In this document: positions 25,008-34,073 of the stretch, piece after piece
Layout of the letters: each line of letters starts with the position of its first letter
Position numbering within the stretch: the stretch's first letter is position 1
Position numbers and translations under genes: made by a program
Notes under the pieces: model-generated
What the model was told of the DNA's origin: nothing
Database searches by the model: none
The model's input: the letters and a program-made list of their open reading frames with translations, nothing else
IMG/VR virus record: IMGVR_UViG_3300021962_000275
Coordinates: 1-37,540 of that record
Strand: one strand, 5' to 3'
From: a virus
Taxonomy: Duplodnaviria > Caudoviricetes
DNA: 37,540 bases

Positions 25008-25100
25008 TCCGGTATGATCAAAAGCATATGAATCGAGAGGCGCCGATTGGACGCAATTGGGCCAATTCTCGACGTGTAGGTTGGAGTCCTACTACCGGAG
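25008..25100 (+). ncRNA. tRNA-like RNA with extended anticodon arm and no anticodon loop
   Basis: 7-bp acceptor TCCGGTA/TACCGGA, T arm GTAGG-TTGGAGT-CCTAC, 6-bp stem TCGAGA/TCTCGA enclosing a further hairpin. Confidence 0.65.
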
Positions 25101-25151
25101 GGCGTGCGTGGATGCTGGAAATGTCCGGTGGGATCACGCACGCCTGAATTT

Positions 25152-25769
25152 ATGAATAGCCACCACCACGCTCTGAATGCATCGACGCCGCGGCACCTGT
25201 ATGGGCTGGTGGACGCTGGGATCTTGCGTGGGAAGGTCGAGGATGGCGCCGATTTTGACCGTTGCGTGATCTTTGGGGTGACCTCGGTGCCGTCGCGTGC
25301 GCTGCACTTTTCGATCATGACCGAGGCCGGCAGTCAGTGGGCCAGGATCCCGCTGCATAAATTGAGGCACGAGATACCCACTGGCCCACGTCATCCGCTG
25401 AATGAGCTGCAGAGCTGGGACTGTCACGGGTGGGAATTTGGCGTTACGGCGTACGAGTACCTGCGCGAGATGGCCTGCACGGTGAAGACGAGGTCTGGCC
25501 AGATTCTTGAGGCCGTTTACTGGTTTACGCTGGATCATACCGACAATGGCTGGAGCCAGTACCCATCAGAGCACAAGTGCTATCACCTGCTTTTGCTGCA
25601 GGATGGCAGCGGCCAGATTGCGGCGCAGCCGAATAATCGGATCGTGTGGAAGGATGACAGCTTTGTGCGCAAGAATGATGGGGTCTTCTCAAGTTACCGG
25701 GTGATTCCGGCGAAGACCTGGCACGCCGAGACCGGCCACAATGCCGATTTAAATGCTTTAACCAAATGA
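25152..25769 (+). CDS. conserved-type hypothetical phage protein (205 aa)
   Basis: Start moved to ATG 25152 after the RNA cluster; LQSWDC, EHKCYH, IAAQPNNRIVW motifs resemble an aquatic-phage family. Confidence 0.75.
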   Translation: MNSHHHALNASTPRHLYGLVDAGILRGKVEDGADFDRCVIFGVTSVPSRALHFSIMTEAGSQWARIPLHKLRHEIPTGPRHPLNELQSWDCHGWEFGVTAYEYLREMACTVKTRSGQILEAVYWFTLDHTDNGWSQYPSEHKCYHLLLLQDGSGQIAAQPNNRIVWKDDSFVRKNDGVFSSYRVIPAKTWHAETGHNADLNALTK

Positions 25770-26287
25770 CAACTGAATCCAAATATCAAATCCGCGAGAT
25801 AGAGCTGGCCATCAAGGTTGGCATGTCTCGCATCGAGATGGGCAAGCTCCGCGGCCGGCTGACCAAGGGTGACCACTGGGACTACGATGGGCGCCCGAAG
25901 AGCGTGTGGTATACGCATGCCGGCGTGCAGGCGATGGAGCGCATCTTGGGCGAGCAGCCGGCCGAGGTTAAGCCGGTGGTGGTGGAAATTGAGGTTTTCG
26001 AGGAGGTCGAGGGGCATCGCTACCCTGACGACAAGATCCCAAAACTGCCGCAGAATGGGCTGATCTTGGAGCATGGTCGCCCCGGCTGGTGGACGAAGGA
26101 CGAGGCCAAGGTACTGGCCAACAAGTTCGCCAATCGTAAGGCGATCTCGGTGGAATTTGAGGGCAGGCAGACGATCTGCCGCGTGAAGGATTCGCTGAAT
26201 TTCCAGCCGAATATGATCATCCCGGTGCGCAAGTACGATGGGATACTAACGGCGGCACGCCAGCCGCGGTTTCCGGGGAAGTGGTGA
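25766..26287 (+). CDS. hypothetical protein (173 aa), possible N-terminal DNA-binding domain
   Basis: ATGA-coupled ORF; EIELAIKVGMSRIEM HTH-like start. Confidence 0.7.
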   Translation: MTTESKYQIREIELAIKVGMSRIEMGKLRGRLTKGDHWDYDGRPKSVWYTHAGVQAMERILGEQPAEVKPVVVEIEVFEEVEGHRYPDDKIPKLPQNGLILEHGRPGWWTKDEAKVLANKFANRKAISVEFEGRQTICRVKDSLNFQPNMIIPVRKYDGILTAARQPRFPGKW

Positions 26288-26291
26288 GCGC

Positions 26292-26504
26292 ATGAATGCT
26301 GACCGCGTGAATTTCAAGATTGGCGACCTGGTGTACCATCGCACGGAGGACATGCCAGGCATCGTGACCGGCATTTTGTACACCAACGCCGGCGTGGAAT
26401 TTCGCGTGTGCTGGCAGGGACGCTCGACGGACTACCACACCGACATCGAGCTGACGTATGATCGGCCTTACTTTACCGGTATCGACAAGGAGGACGCGGT
26501 CTGA
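26292..26504 (+). CDS. small SH3-like hypothetical protein (70 aa)
   Basis: FKIGDLVYHR...GIVTGI...FRVCW pattern. Confidence 0.7.
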   Translation: MNADRVNFKIGDLVYHRTEDMPGIVTGILYTNAGVEFRVCWQGRSTDYHTDIELTYDRPYFTGIDKEDAV

Positions 26505-28123
26505 TGTCTGACATCTTAAAAAAGTACGTTCCGACGCCGCATCCGGTGCTGTACTCGCCGACGATTGAGGACATCAAGCGGCTTGTGAACGAGCATGGCG
26601 CCGAGGAGACCGCTCGCCGGCTGCAATTGCGCGAGGACAAGATCGTCGCCGAAAAGTGCGATCCGTACCGGCACGGCTACGAGCCAGAGCACTGGAAGGT
26701 CGCCGACAAGCTACTGATCAAGCATCGCGAGCTGCTGATCAACGGTGGCAATCGCGCCGGCAAGACCGAGTACGCCGCCAAGCGGGCCATCAATCTGCTT
26801 GTTGCTCGGCCAGAATCTCGAGTGTGGTGCCTGCACACGACCAACATGTCGTCGATTCAGATGCAGCAAAACGTCATGTGGAAGTACATGCCGCCCGAGT
26901 ACAAGCTGGCCAGAAAGACCAAGATCACCAACGTGGCCTACACCCAGAAGAATGGTTTCTCGGAGAACACGTTCGTGCTGCCCAATAAGTCGCAGTGCTT
27001 CTTCATGAATTACGCGCAGGACAAGAAGGTCATCGAGGGCGGCGAGTGCGACATGATCTGGTGCGATGAGTTGGTGCCGCTCGACTGGATCGAGACGCTG
27101 CGGTATCGCTTGGTTACCCGCAATGGCGTGCTGCTGCTGACGTTCACGCCGGTCACAGGTTACTCGCCGGTCGTGAAAGAATATGTGTCTGGCTCGACGT
27201 TCTTGACGGCACGCAAGGCCGAGCTACTGGCCGACACGATCAACGTGCCAGGCTTGCCCAAGGGCACGATGCCGTACACCGCGAAGTGTCATGGCAAACG
27301 TGGCGCCGTCATCTGGTTTCACTCGGATCTGAATCCGTATTCGGACTGGAAGAGCATGAAGGCCACGCTGGATGGCCGCGGATCCTATGAGTTGAAGATC
27401 CGTGCGTATGGTTGGGCCGAGTCGCTGCAGGGTTCGCAGTTCCCAAAATTTGGTCAGCACAATATTATTGCGCACGACAAGATCCCAACGGCCGGCACCA
27501 ACTACATGGTCGTCGATCCTGCGGGATCCAGAAACTGGTTTATGCTGTGGATGCGCGTCGACGAGCAGGGCCGGCACTACGTCTACCGCGAGTGGCCAGA
27601 CATTAACGTCGGCGAGTGGGCGCTCCCGAGCGAGAAGCAGGACGGCAAGATCGGGATCGGCCAGCGTAACGGCGCCGGCCGCGGCATCAACGACTACAAG
27701 GAACTGATCAAGGATCTTGAGCAAAAGGAATCCATGTTCGCCCGCTACATCGATCCACGCGCCGGCGCCACTCAGGCCGCGGGCAAGGAAGGCGGCACCA
27801 GTCTGATGGAGCTGCTGGACTCGGATCCTGCGCCCATGTACTTTGAGCCGGCGGCAGGCATCCGCGTCGATGAGGGCGTCGGTCTGATTAACGACTGGCT
27901 CGCGTTCAATCAGAACATGCCAATTTCCATTCAAAACGAACCCAAGCTCTATGTTTCGGATCGCTGCCAGAATCTGATCTACTCTTTGCGTGAGTGGACA
28001 GGTGCCGACGGTGACAAGGGCGCAACCAAGGATCCCATTGACTGCCTCCGCTACCTGGCGGTCATGGATCCGCAACATCACACAAATCGCAGCTTCGCCG
28101 CCATTGGTGGTGGATCCTATTAA
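26504..28123 (+). CDS. terL: terminase large subunit
   Basis: Walker A GGNRAGKT, Walker B IWCDE, coupling motif TFTP, nuclease VVDPA, YIDP, KDPIDCLRY. Confidence 0.93.
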   Translation: MSDILKKYVPTPHPVLYSPTIEDIKRLVNEHGAEETARRLQLREDKIVAEKCDPYRHGYEPEHWKVADKLLIKHRELLINGGNRAGKTEYAAKRAINLLVARPESRVWCLHTTNMSSIQMQQNVMWKYMPPEYKLARKTKITNVAYTQKNGFSENTFVLPNKSQCFFMNYAQDKKVIEGGECDMIWCDELVPLDWIETLRYRLVTRNGVLLLTFTPVTGYSPVVKEYVSGSTFLTARKAELLADTINVPGLPKGTMPYTAKCHGKRGAVIWFHSDLNPYSDWKSMKATLDGRGSYELKIRAYGWAESLQGSQFPKFGQHNIIAHDKIPTAGTNYMVVDPAGSRNWFMLWMRVDEQGRHYVYREWPDINVGEWALPSEKQDGKIGIGQRNGAGRGINDYKELIKDLEQKESMFARYIDPRAGATQAAGKEGGTSLMELLDSDPAPMYFEPAAGIRVDEGVGLINDWLAFNQNMPISIQNEPKLYVSDRCQNLIYSLREWTGADGDKGATKDPIDCLRYLAVMDPQHHTNRSFAAIGGGSY

Positions 28124-28333
28124 ATGAAAGATTATCCCATTCTTATTACTCGCAAGCAGGCCAGTGAGCTGACCGGCCTCGACGAGAAGTACTTTGACCG
28201 GCTGCGGCATGAGGAGCGACTGCGCACCTATCGCACGCTCGGCGGTTTGCACAGATTTTATCGAGACGAGGTGCTCGAGCATATCGGCGCCAATTTTCCC
28301 CAAAAGAAAACTATCAACCCAACACAATCATGA
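28124..28333 (+). CDS. Xis/MerR-like HTH protein
   Basis: LITRKQASELTG...YRTLGGLHRFYRDEV. Confidence 0.8.
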   Translation: MKDYPILITRKQASELTGLDEKYFDRLRHEERLRTYRTLGGLHRFYRDEVLEHIGANFPQKKTINPTQS

Positions 28334-30480
28334 GTTACGATTACAAAACCGACACAGGCAATCCACACACCGACCAACTGGCCAACGCTACCGAAAAGCC
28401 GGACGTCAACTATCTGAACTACGAGTTTAAACGCTCGCTCTACACCGGCAACAACGTGAGCCGCGTGGACAGCAACGATGCCGTCCGATTCTGCAAATGG
28501 TCAGGCCAGACCGACGACGGCAAGAAATGGTCGAGCACTCGGCCAGACGGCGAGCAGGTGTTTCCATTTGAGGGCGCCAGCGATGTCCGCATCCGTCTGA
28601 TCGACTCGACCATTAACGAGATCGTCGCCAATCTGACCACCGCATTTGTGCGCGGCCAGTTGAACATCTCGGGCGTCGACATCAGCGATGGTGGCACCGC
28701 CGCCGCCGCCAGCGAGCTGATGACTTGGATCCGTCAGAACAAGCTCAAGGTCGAACTTGAGCGCGAGTCCGAGCTGCTCGCTCAATACACGCAGCAGTAC
28801 GGCTGGAGCGTGGCCCACGTTGCCTGGGATCAGAAGACCGGCACGCGCATGCAGAAGATCACGATGCAGCAAGTCATGCAGATATCGGCTCAAGCTGCGG
28901 CGCAGAATCCCAACAGCATTATCGCACAGCTTCCTTCGCTAATCGCGAATCCCGAAGCCGAGCAGCAGGCCGCGGATATCGTCACGACCTTTTTGCCCGA
29001 TCTCACGATCCGCGATGCAAAGAAGTTTGTGAAGGAACTGCGCGAGACCGGCACCGGCGAGTACGAGGAAGAATACATCCAAAAGAATTTGCCATCGATC
29101 ACCGCGCTCAAACCATTTGATGAGGTCGCGTTTCCACCCGAGACCATTGATCTGCAACGCGCCCGCGTAATCTTTCGCCGCGAGTACTTCACTGAGGTCG
29201 AGCTGAAGGCGATGGAGAAAAATGCCGGCTGGGATGGCGAGTTCTGCCAGAAGGCCGCGGTCACCCAAGGTCGCCAGAGCTGGTACAACAATCCCAATCT
29301 CGTTACCACGGCGCTCAACGTCACCGGCACGGTGCGCAACGATCACTTGATTGAGGTCGTGCATGCGTACACCCGCCAACTGAGCGACAACGGTTCGCCG
29401 GCCATCTACTACACCGTATTCTGTCCCGAGCTGGGCCAAGACATGTATGGCAAGCATGAGCTGCTCGACTACGCGCACGGTGAGTATCCGTTCATTGAAT
29501 ACCGTCGTGAGCGTTTGCGCCGGGCGATCTGCGACTCCCGCGGCATTCCAGAGCTGTCCATGACCGATCAAGACGAGATCAAGGCGCAGCATGACTCGAT
29601 GCGTGACCGTACCGCGTTCACCACGCTGCCTCCGATCCGCGTCAAGAAACGTATCGGCATGATCAACAAGATCGGCCCCGGCGTGCAGTTGCCGGTCACG
29701 CAGTCTGACGACTACCAGTTCATGGATCCACCACGCTCGCCAATTTCTGAGGCGATGTCGGTGATCAACCAGGTCGAGTCACGTCACGCCAATTACTTTG
29801 GCCTACTGCACCCGAGCGTTCCGCCCGCAAAGCAGCAGGTGATCGTGCAGAAGGAGATCAACAATTGGTTCGGCGTCTGGAGCAAGATTTTCAGCCAGAC
29901 CTTCCAGCTCTGCCTGCAGTACATGCCGGCCGAGGAGATTCAGCGCGTGATTAACATGCCGCTTCCACAAAACATCAGCGAAATCGCCGGCCAGTTTGAC
30001 TTCATCTTGAAGTACGACGTACGCGACATGGACAACGAGTACGTCATGAAAAAACTGCAATCGATCTCGCAGTTTGTTGTGCCACTCGATGCCGGCGGCG
30101 TCATTGACCGCAACCAACTGATCCAAGAAATCATGATGGCCATCTCGCCAGATGCGGCTCGCACCATGATCGTCGATCAAAAAGGCGCCTCGCAAAAGAT
30201 GTTTAGGGACGTTCAGAATGATATCGGCATGATGATGCTCGGTAATGAGGCGTTGTACGTTGAGAACGATCCCGCCGCGGCTTCCAAGCTGCAGTACACG
30301 CAGCAAGTGTTGCAGAGCAATCCAAAGGCTCAACAGGCCGCAAAGACTGACCAGCAATTCCAACAACTGCTGCAAAAATACATGAAGAACCTCCAGTTCT
30401 CGATGCAACAGCAGCAAAATAAACAAGTCGGCAAGATTGGTGTCACGCCAGGCAACACGCCGCCCGCTCCTCAACAATAA
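28330..30480 (+). CDS. portal protein
   Basis: 716 aa after TerL; FPFEGASD, HGEYPF, SRGIPEL motifs; Gln-rich helical C-terminus like P22-type portals. Confidence 0.85.
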   Translation: MSYDYKTDTGNPHTDQLANATEKPDVNYLNYEFKRSLYTGNNVSRVDSNDAVRFCKWSGQTDDGKKWSSTRPDGEQVFPFEGASDVRIRLIDSTINEIVANLTTAFVRGQLNISGVDISDGGTAAAASELMTWIRQNKLKVELERESELLAQYTQQYGWSVAHVAWDQKTGTRMQKITMQQVMQISAQAAAQNPNSIIAQLPSLIANPEAEQQAADIVTTFLPDLTIRDAKKFVKELRETGTGEYEEEYIQKNLPSITALKPFDEVAFPPETIDLQRARVIFRREYFTEVELKAMEKNAGWDGEFCQKAAVTQGRQSWYNNPNLVTTALNVTGTVRNDHLIEVVHAYTRQLSDNGSPAIYYTVFCPELGQDMYGKHELLDYAHGEYPFIEYRRERLRRAICDSRGIPELSMTDQDEIKAQHDSMRDRTAFTTLPPIRVKKRIGMINKIGPGVQLPVTQSDDYQFMDPPRSPISEAMSVINQVESRHANYFGLLHPSVPPAKQQVIVQKEINNWFGVWSKIFSQTFQLCLQYMPAEEIQRVINMPLPQNISEIAGQFDFILKYDVRDMDNEYVMKKLQSISQFVVPLDAGGVIDRNQLIQEIMMAISPDAARTMIVDQKGASQKMFRDVQNDIGMMMLGNEALYVENDPAAASKLQYTQQVLQSNPKAQQAAKTDQQFQQLLQKYMKNLQFSMQQQQNKQVGKIGVTPGNTPPAPQQ

Positions 30481-30713
30481 TGAAACCAGACCAATTAGAA
30501 TCCTTCGCGTTTGATGGTGAGAACAAACTCTGGAATGCAATCTTGGCCCACGCCAGCGACTGCATCCAAGACGAGGTAGAGACCGCCATCAACCGCGAAA
30601 CCACCGGCGAGTATCGCATCCACGCCGCCGGCCGGGCCGAGGCTCTCAACGACTTCTTGATCTCGCTGCACCAACTGCGCGACGAGGCCAAGAAGCGTTA
30701 CGGAGCTGGATGA
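30480..30713 (+). CDS. small hypothetical head-module protein (77 aa)
   Basis: TAATG-coupled to portal; HAAGRAEAL motif. Confidence 0.75.
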   Translation: MKPDQLESFAFDGENKLWNAILAHASDCIQDEVETAINRETTGEYRIHAAGRAEALNDFLISLHQLRDEAKKRYGAG

Positions 30714-30768
30714 TCAGCGTAAAAGGTGGGTAGACCTTACCTTTCCTGACTGATTTATAGACTGGAAT

Positions 30769-30804
30769 AAGCCCTTGGTGTCTGATCCGCGCCAAGGGCT
30801 TTCT
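30769..30804 (+). terminator. strong hairpin, possible terminator or RNA processing/stability element
   Basis: Perfect 10-bp stem AAGCCCTTGG/CCAAGGGCTT; only a short U tract. Confidence 0.45.
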
Positions 30805-30857
30805 GCGTGGCGCCACTGAGCAACGCTGCACGACCTCTTGGACGGTCACAAAACACC

Positions 30858-31916
30858 ATGCCTGATAGTACAACGACAGTAGAGAGCGCACCCTCGGACA
30901 ACGGAACGAGCGCGGATAAACCTCTCAATACCTCCGTGGCAGATAAGCTCGGTAAAATCAGCGAAGAGAGGCTCAGTGCTTTGCTTCGTCGATCATTGTC
31001 GGACGAGCCGGCACAGGCACCAGCACCTGACAACAAAGCGGAAACCACGTCAGAGGAAACCCCGGCAAATGCCGAGGCGACCGAAGACACAACCACTCTA
31101 CAGGAAACTGTGGAAGACACTTCTAAGGAAGCAGACGTTGAACAGACTGAGGCTTCGGTTGAAGAGGGACTGCCCAAGGGCGCCCAAAAGCGAATCGACA
31201 AGCTGACTGCTCTCCGCAAGGAAGCCGAAGCGAAGGCGGCGCAATTGGAAGCTCAGATCGCGGATCTTACGTTGAAGCTAAACACCCGGCCGGCCACAGA
31301 GGACGCGCCAGTCAAAGCTACAGCGGACAATCCTTACCTGCACCTTCAGTCGCAGGCCGAGGTCGATGCCGCATTCGCGGAAGCGCGTAGGGTTCGTCGC
31401 TGGTGCGAAGAAAATGCTGACGGTGCCACCGTAAAAGATAAGGTGGGCAAAGAAACCGAGTATTCAGCAGAAGATGTTCGACGCATTAAGCTCAACGCAC
31501 TCGACGCACTAGAGGAACATCTGCCCAAACAGCTTCAGTATGTAAATACTCGCTCGCAGATTGATCCAATGGCAGAATCCGAATACCAATGGTGGAAGGA
31601 TCGCACGACTCGGGAATATGCAATTGCGCAAAACATGCTCAAGGCATTCCCCGAAATCCGTAAGTTCCCAGACTACAAGATGGTGATCGGTGACTACATC
31701 CGCGGGGCGGCTGAACGCGAAAGCAATTACGCTAAACAAAAAACTGCGGCCGCAAAGCCTGTGGTTAAGAAAGCGCCAGTTCAACCCACTCGATCAAGCT
31801 CCGCTCCAGCGACCGTTACGGCAAAAGAACGTGACGCTAAAAACGCTGAAGCAAAATTCAGAAAATCTGCCAACGCCAGCAACCTTAAAGACGTGCTTCT
31901 CCAGCAGTTTTTATAA
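30858..31916 (+). CDS. capsid scaffolding protein
   Basis: ATG 30858; acidic disordered N-terminus, QKRIDKLTALRKEAE coiled coil; directly upstream of capsid gene. Confidence 0.8.
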   Translation: MPDSTTTVESAPSDNGTSADKPLNTSVADKLGKISEERLSALLRRSLSDEPAQAPAPDNKAETTSEETPANAEATEDTTTLQETVEDTSKEADVEQTEASVEEGLPKGAQKRIDKLTALRKEAEAKAAQLEAQIADLTLKLNTRPATEDAPVKATADNPYLHLQSQAEVDAAFAEARRVRRWCEENADGATVKDKVGKETEYSAEDVRRIKLNALDALEEHLPKQLQYVNTRSQIDPMAESEYQWWKDRTTREYAIAQNMLKAFPEIRKFPDYKMVIGDYIRGAAERESNYAKQKTAAAKPVVKKAPVQPTRSSSAPATVTAKERDAKNAEAKFRKSANASNLKDVLLQQFL

Positions 31917-31932
31917 TTAAGGAACTACTAAA

Positions 31933-32928
31933 ATGGCTCAACTCTACGAACGCTCTCAGGTCGGTAAACGCGAAGATCTCGCTGACTATATCTCGCTTGT
32001 CGATGCGAAGGACACCCCTTTCGTCGCGATGGCTCCCAAAGGCTCTAAGCCCGGCAACACCTACCTCCAATGGCAGGCTGACAACTTCCCCGCGACTGCC
32101 ACCACCGGCACCGTCGACGGTACGGATGTCACCTCCTCGGATTACCAAAATCTTAACTCGGGTCGCGCTCTCTTGGCCAACTACGTCCAAGTGTTCCGTC
32201 GTCCCGTGCGCGTGTCTCCTCTCTCCGTCGATGTCTCTATCGTCGCCGGTCTGAAGGACGAACTTGCAGGGATGGTAGCAAAGGGAATTTCTCTTTTAAA
32301 AAGAGATATGGAAGCGACTTTTCTCTCGGCCAACGATGGCCAGGCTGATAACGGCACCAACCCTTACCTCACCAAAGCGATGGGCACCTGGATCAGCACC
32401 AGCGGCGGCAGCACCCCTGCTGTCCCCTCTGCTTTCCGCACGCCTTCCGCCAGCATCGTTGGTGGCTCCGCTGCCTCCACGACGCTTGATGAGTCGATAG
32501 TGCAAGGTCTCCTGACCTCCATCTGGGGTCAGACCGGCACCTTCCGTGACTACGACGGTATCGTTGGCAGCTCGGTCAAACGCGCTTTCACGAACCTGCT
32601 CTTCACGACCAGCCAAAACGCCAACACCAACACCGCTTCTTCGATCCGCACGTTCAACCGTGAGGCCGATTCCGAGACCTTCCTCTCGAGCGTTGACGTG
32701 TTTGAAGGCGATTTCGGTCGCATTCGTCTCCATCCTGATGCGTTCATGCCCGCGGCTTACAAAGGCTACGTCATCCCAATGGATCTCTGCGAAATCCGTT
32801 ACTCCAGCCTCCCAGAAGTCAAGGATCTCCCTGACTACGGTGGCGGCCCTGCCCGCTTGATCGAGGCCGTCGCCGGTCTTGTCGTCAAGAACCCGCTCGC
32901 GTTCGGTAAATTCGACTTCTCGAGCTAA
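31933..32928 (+). CDS. major capsid protein (DUF5309 / SU10-like)
   Basis: GKREDLADYI...DTPF, QWQAD, NYVQVFR, LKRDME, FEGDFG; strongly C-ending codon bias. Confidence 0.9.
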   Translation: MAQLYERSQVGKREDLADYISLVDAKDTPFVAMAPKGSKPGNTYLQWQADNFPATATTGTVDGTDVTSSDYQNLNSGRALLANYVQVFRRPVRVSPLSVDVSIVAGLKDELAGMVAKGISLLKRDMEATFLSANDGQADNGTNPYLTKAMGTWISTSGGSTPAVPSAFRTPSASIVGGSAASTTLDESIVQGLLTSIWGQTGTFRDYDGIVGSSVKRAFTNLLFTTSQNANTNTASSIRTFNREADSETFLSSVDVFEGDFGRIRLHPDAFMPAAYKGYVIPMDLCEIRYSSLPEVKDLPDYGGGPARLIEAVAGLVVKNPLAFGKFDFSS

Positions 32929-32930
32929 TC

Positions 32931-33308
32931 ATGATTGCTGTCCCCGACGATCTCTATAAGCCACTACTGGACGAGTTTCGTCGGGGCTGGCACAAGGAAA
33001 AGGTTTTGGGCGTGATTGAGGCCAAAAAAGCCTCGGCCATTAACCAAAATTATCACCGAGGCGTAGATGGTTTAGGCCGTCTACGCGCTCGGATTCCTGC
33101 CTCCTCTTTTCACTTTTGGGGTCAAAAACTTGGCTACGACTGCTGGAAAAATGATGCATTCATTAAAGAATTTTTAAGGGATAACCCTGGTCTGGAAACA
33201 AAGGGCGGTGCTACTAAGCTACAGGTCGGCTACGGTAAATCTACTAGCGACGGCAGCAAGATTGGCATCCTCGATCAATTTGGAAGAAGCATTTCATGCG
33301 CACAATAG
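32931..33308 (+). CDS. hypothetical protein (125 aa)
   Basis: Directly after capsid gene; ARIP...W...FLRDNP motif. Confidence 0.75.
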   Translation: MIAVPDDLYKPLLDEFRRGWHKEKVLGVIEAKKASAINQNYHRGVDGLGRLRARIPASSFHFWGQKLGYDCWKNDAFIKEFLRDNPGLETKGGATKLQVGYGKSTSDGSKIGILDQFGRSISCAQ

Positions 33309-34066
33309 ATCTCAGCACTGTTTTCTATCGCTATCTTCAGCTTGCGGGTCTTGACCGCTCGAGCATCACGGCGCAGATGTTCGCACAATTTCGCGACTTT
33401 GCGAGTGGCCGGCTGGACAACGTCTGGAAAAGCGACGTGTGGCCTGATCTCATTCGCGTAACCACAACGCCAGGCGATCCTGTTACCACAGATGCCGAGG
33501 GCATCCGCACGGTAACTTTGGGCGACGATGTTGGCGAGGTATTAAATGTCTACAACGCAGATCCGCGGCTCACTACTCGAGCGCATCTTGTTAAATATTT
33601 TTTGTATGAGGACGGCACAAACAGCTACATCAATCTGATGGAGAACGTGAGTCCTGTCTGGATTGAATACCGTATTGGCAATCCAGAACTGTATGGCGAT
33701 GCTTGGAGCGCAAGCGTGGCATACTCTGTAGGCGCTCAGGTCTATTTTGACACCAGCTCAAATACCGGATCGTTTACTCCGGGCGTTGGTAAACAACCTC
33801 GAGGCAATCTCTACAACTGCATTGTCGCAACGTCGGCCAATCAATCGCCATCAAGCAATGCGTCGAACTGGCAAAAGGTCGAGATTCCATATTTTCTTGG
33901 TGACTATGTGGCACGTGCCGCACTGTCTGATTACCTGCGAGCTGAAGGCCAATATGATCAGGCTCAGTTGGCTGAAAATGATGCTGAACAGACTCGTCAA
34001 AAAGAAGTCGAACGCATTCTACTTAGCGAAGGCCAAGTTCGCAGAATGAATTTCTTCAATTACTAA
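33296..34066 (+). CDS. head-tail adaptor-like protein with inserted CBM5/12-like module
   Basis: 256 aa; helical termini (VWP, IPYFLGDYVARAALSDYL); insert AWSASVAYSVGAQVY...YNCIVA...PSSNASNWQK. Confidence 0.65.
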   Translation: MRTIDLSTVFYRYLQLAGLDRSSITAQMFAQFRDFASGRLDNVWKSDVWPDLIRVTTTPGDPVTTDAEGIRTVTLGDDVGEVLNVYNADPRLTTRAHLVKYFLYEDGTNSYINLMENVSPVWIEYRIGNPELYGDAWSASVAYSVGAQVYFDTSSNTGSFTPGVGKQPRGNLYNCIVATSANQSPSSNASNWQKVEIPYFLGDYVARAALSDYLRAEGQYDQAQLAENDAEQTRQKEVERILLSEGQVRRMNFFNY

Positions 34067-34073
34067 AACCACC

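Noticed and set aside
25008-25100. Canonical, intron-containing, Sec or Pyl tRNA
   Set aside because: No U33-anticodon loop can be formed with or without a plausible excision, and there is no TCA/CTA anticodon or long variable arm; kept as tRNA-like instead
24776-25147. 123-aa plus-strand ORF
   Set aside because: Runs through the G-tract, tRNA-Thr and the structured RNA cluster; better explained as non-coding
27224-28327. 367-aa minus-strand ORF
   Set aside because: Antisense to TerL; typical shadow ORF of a GC3-rich gene
32294-32350. Programmed -1 frameshift giving an extended capsid protein
   Set aside because: The heptamer is mid-gene and the -1 frame terminates within about 15 codons, giving only a truncation
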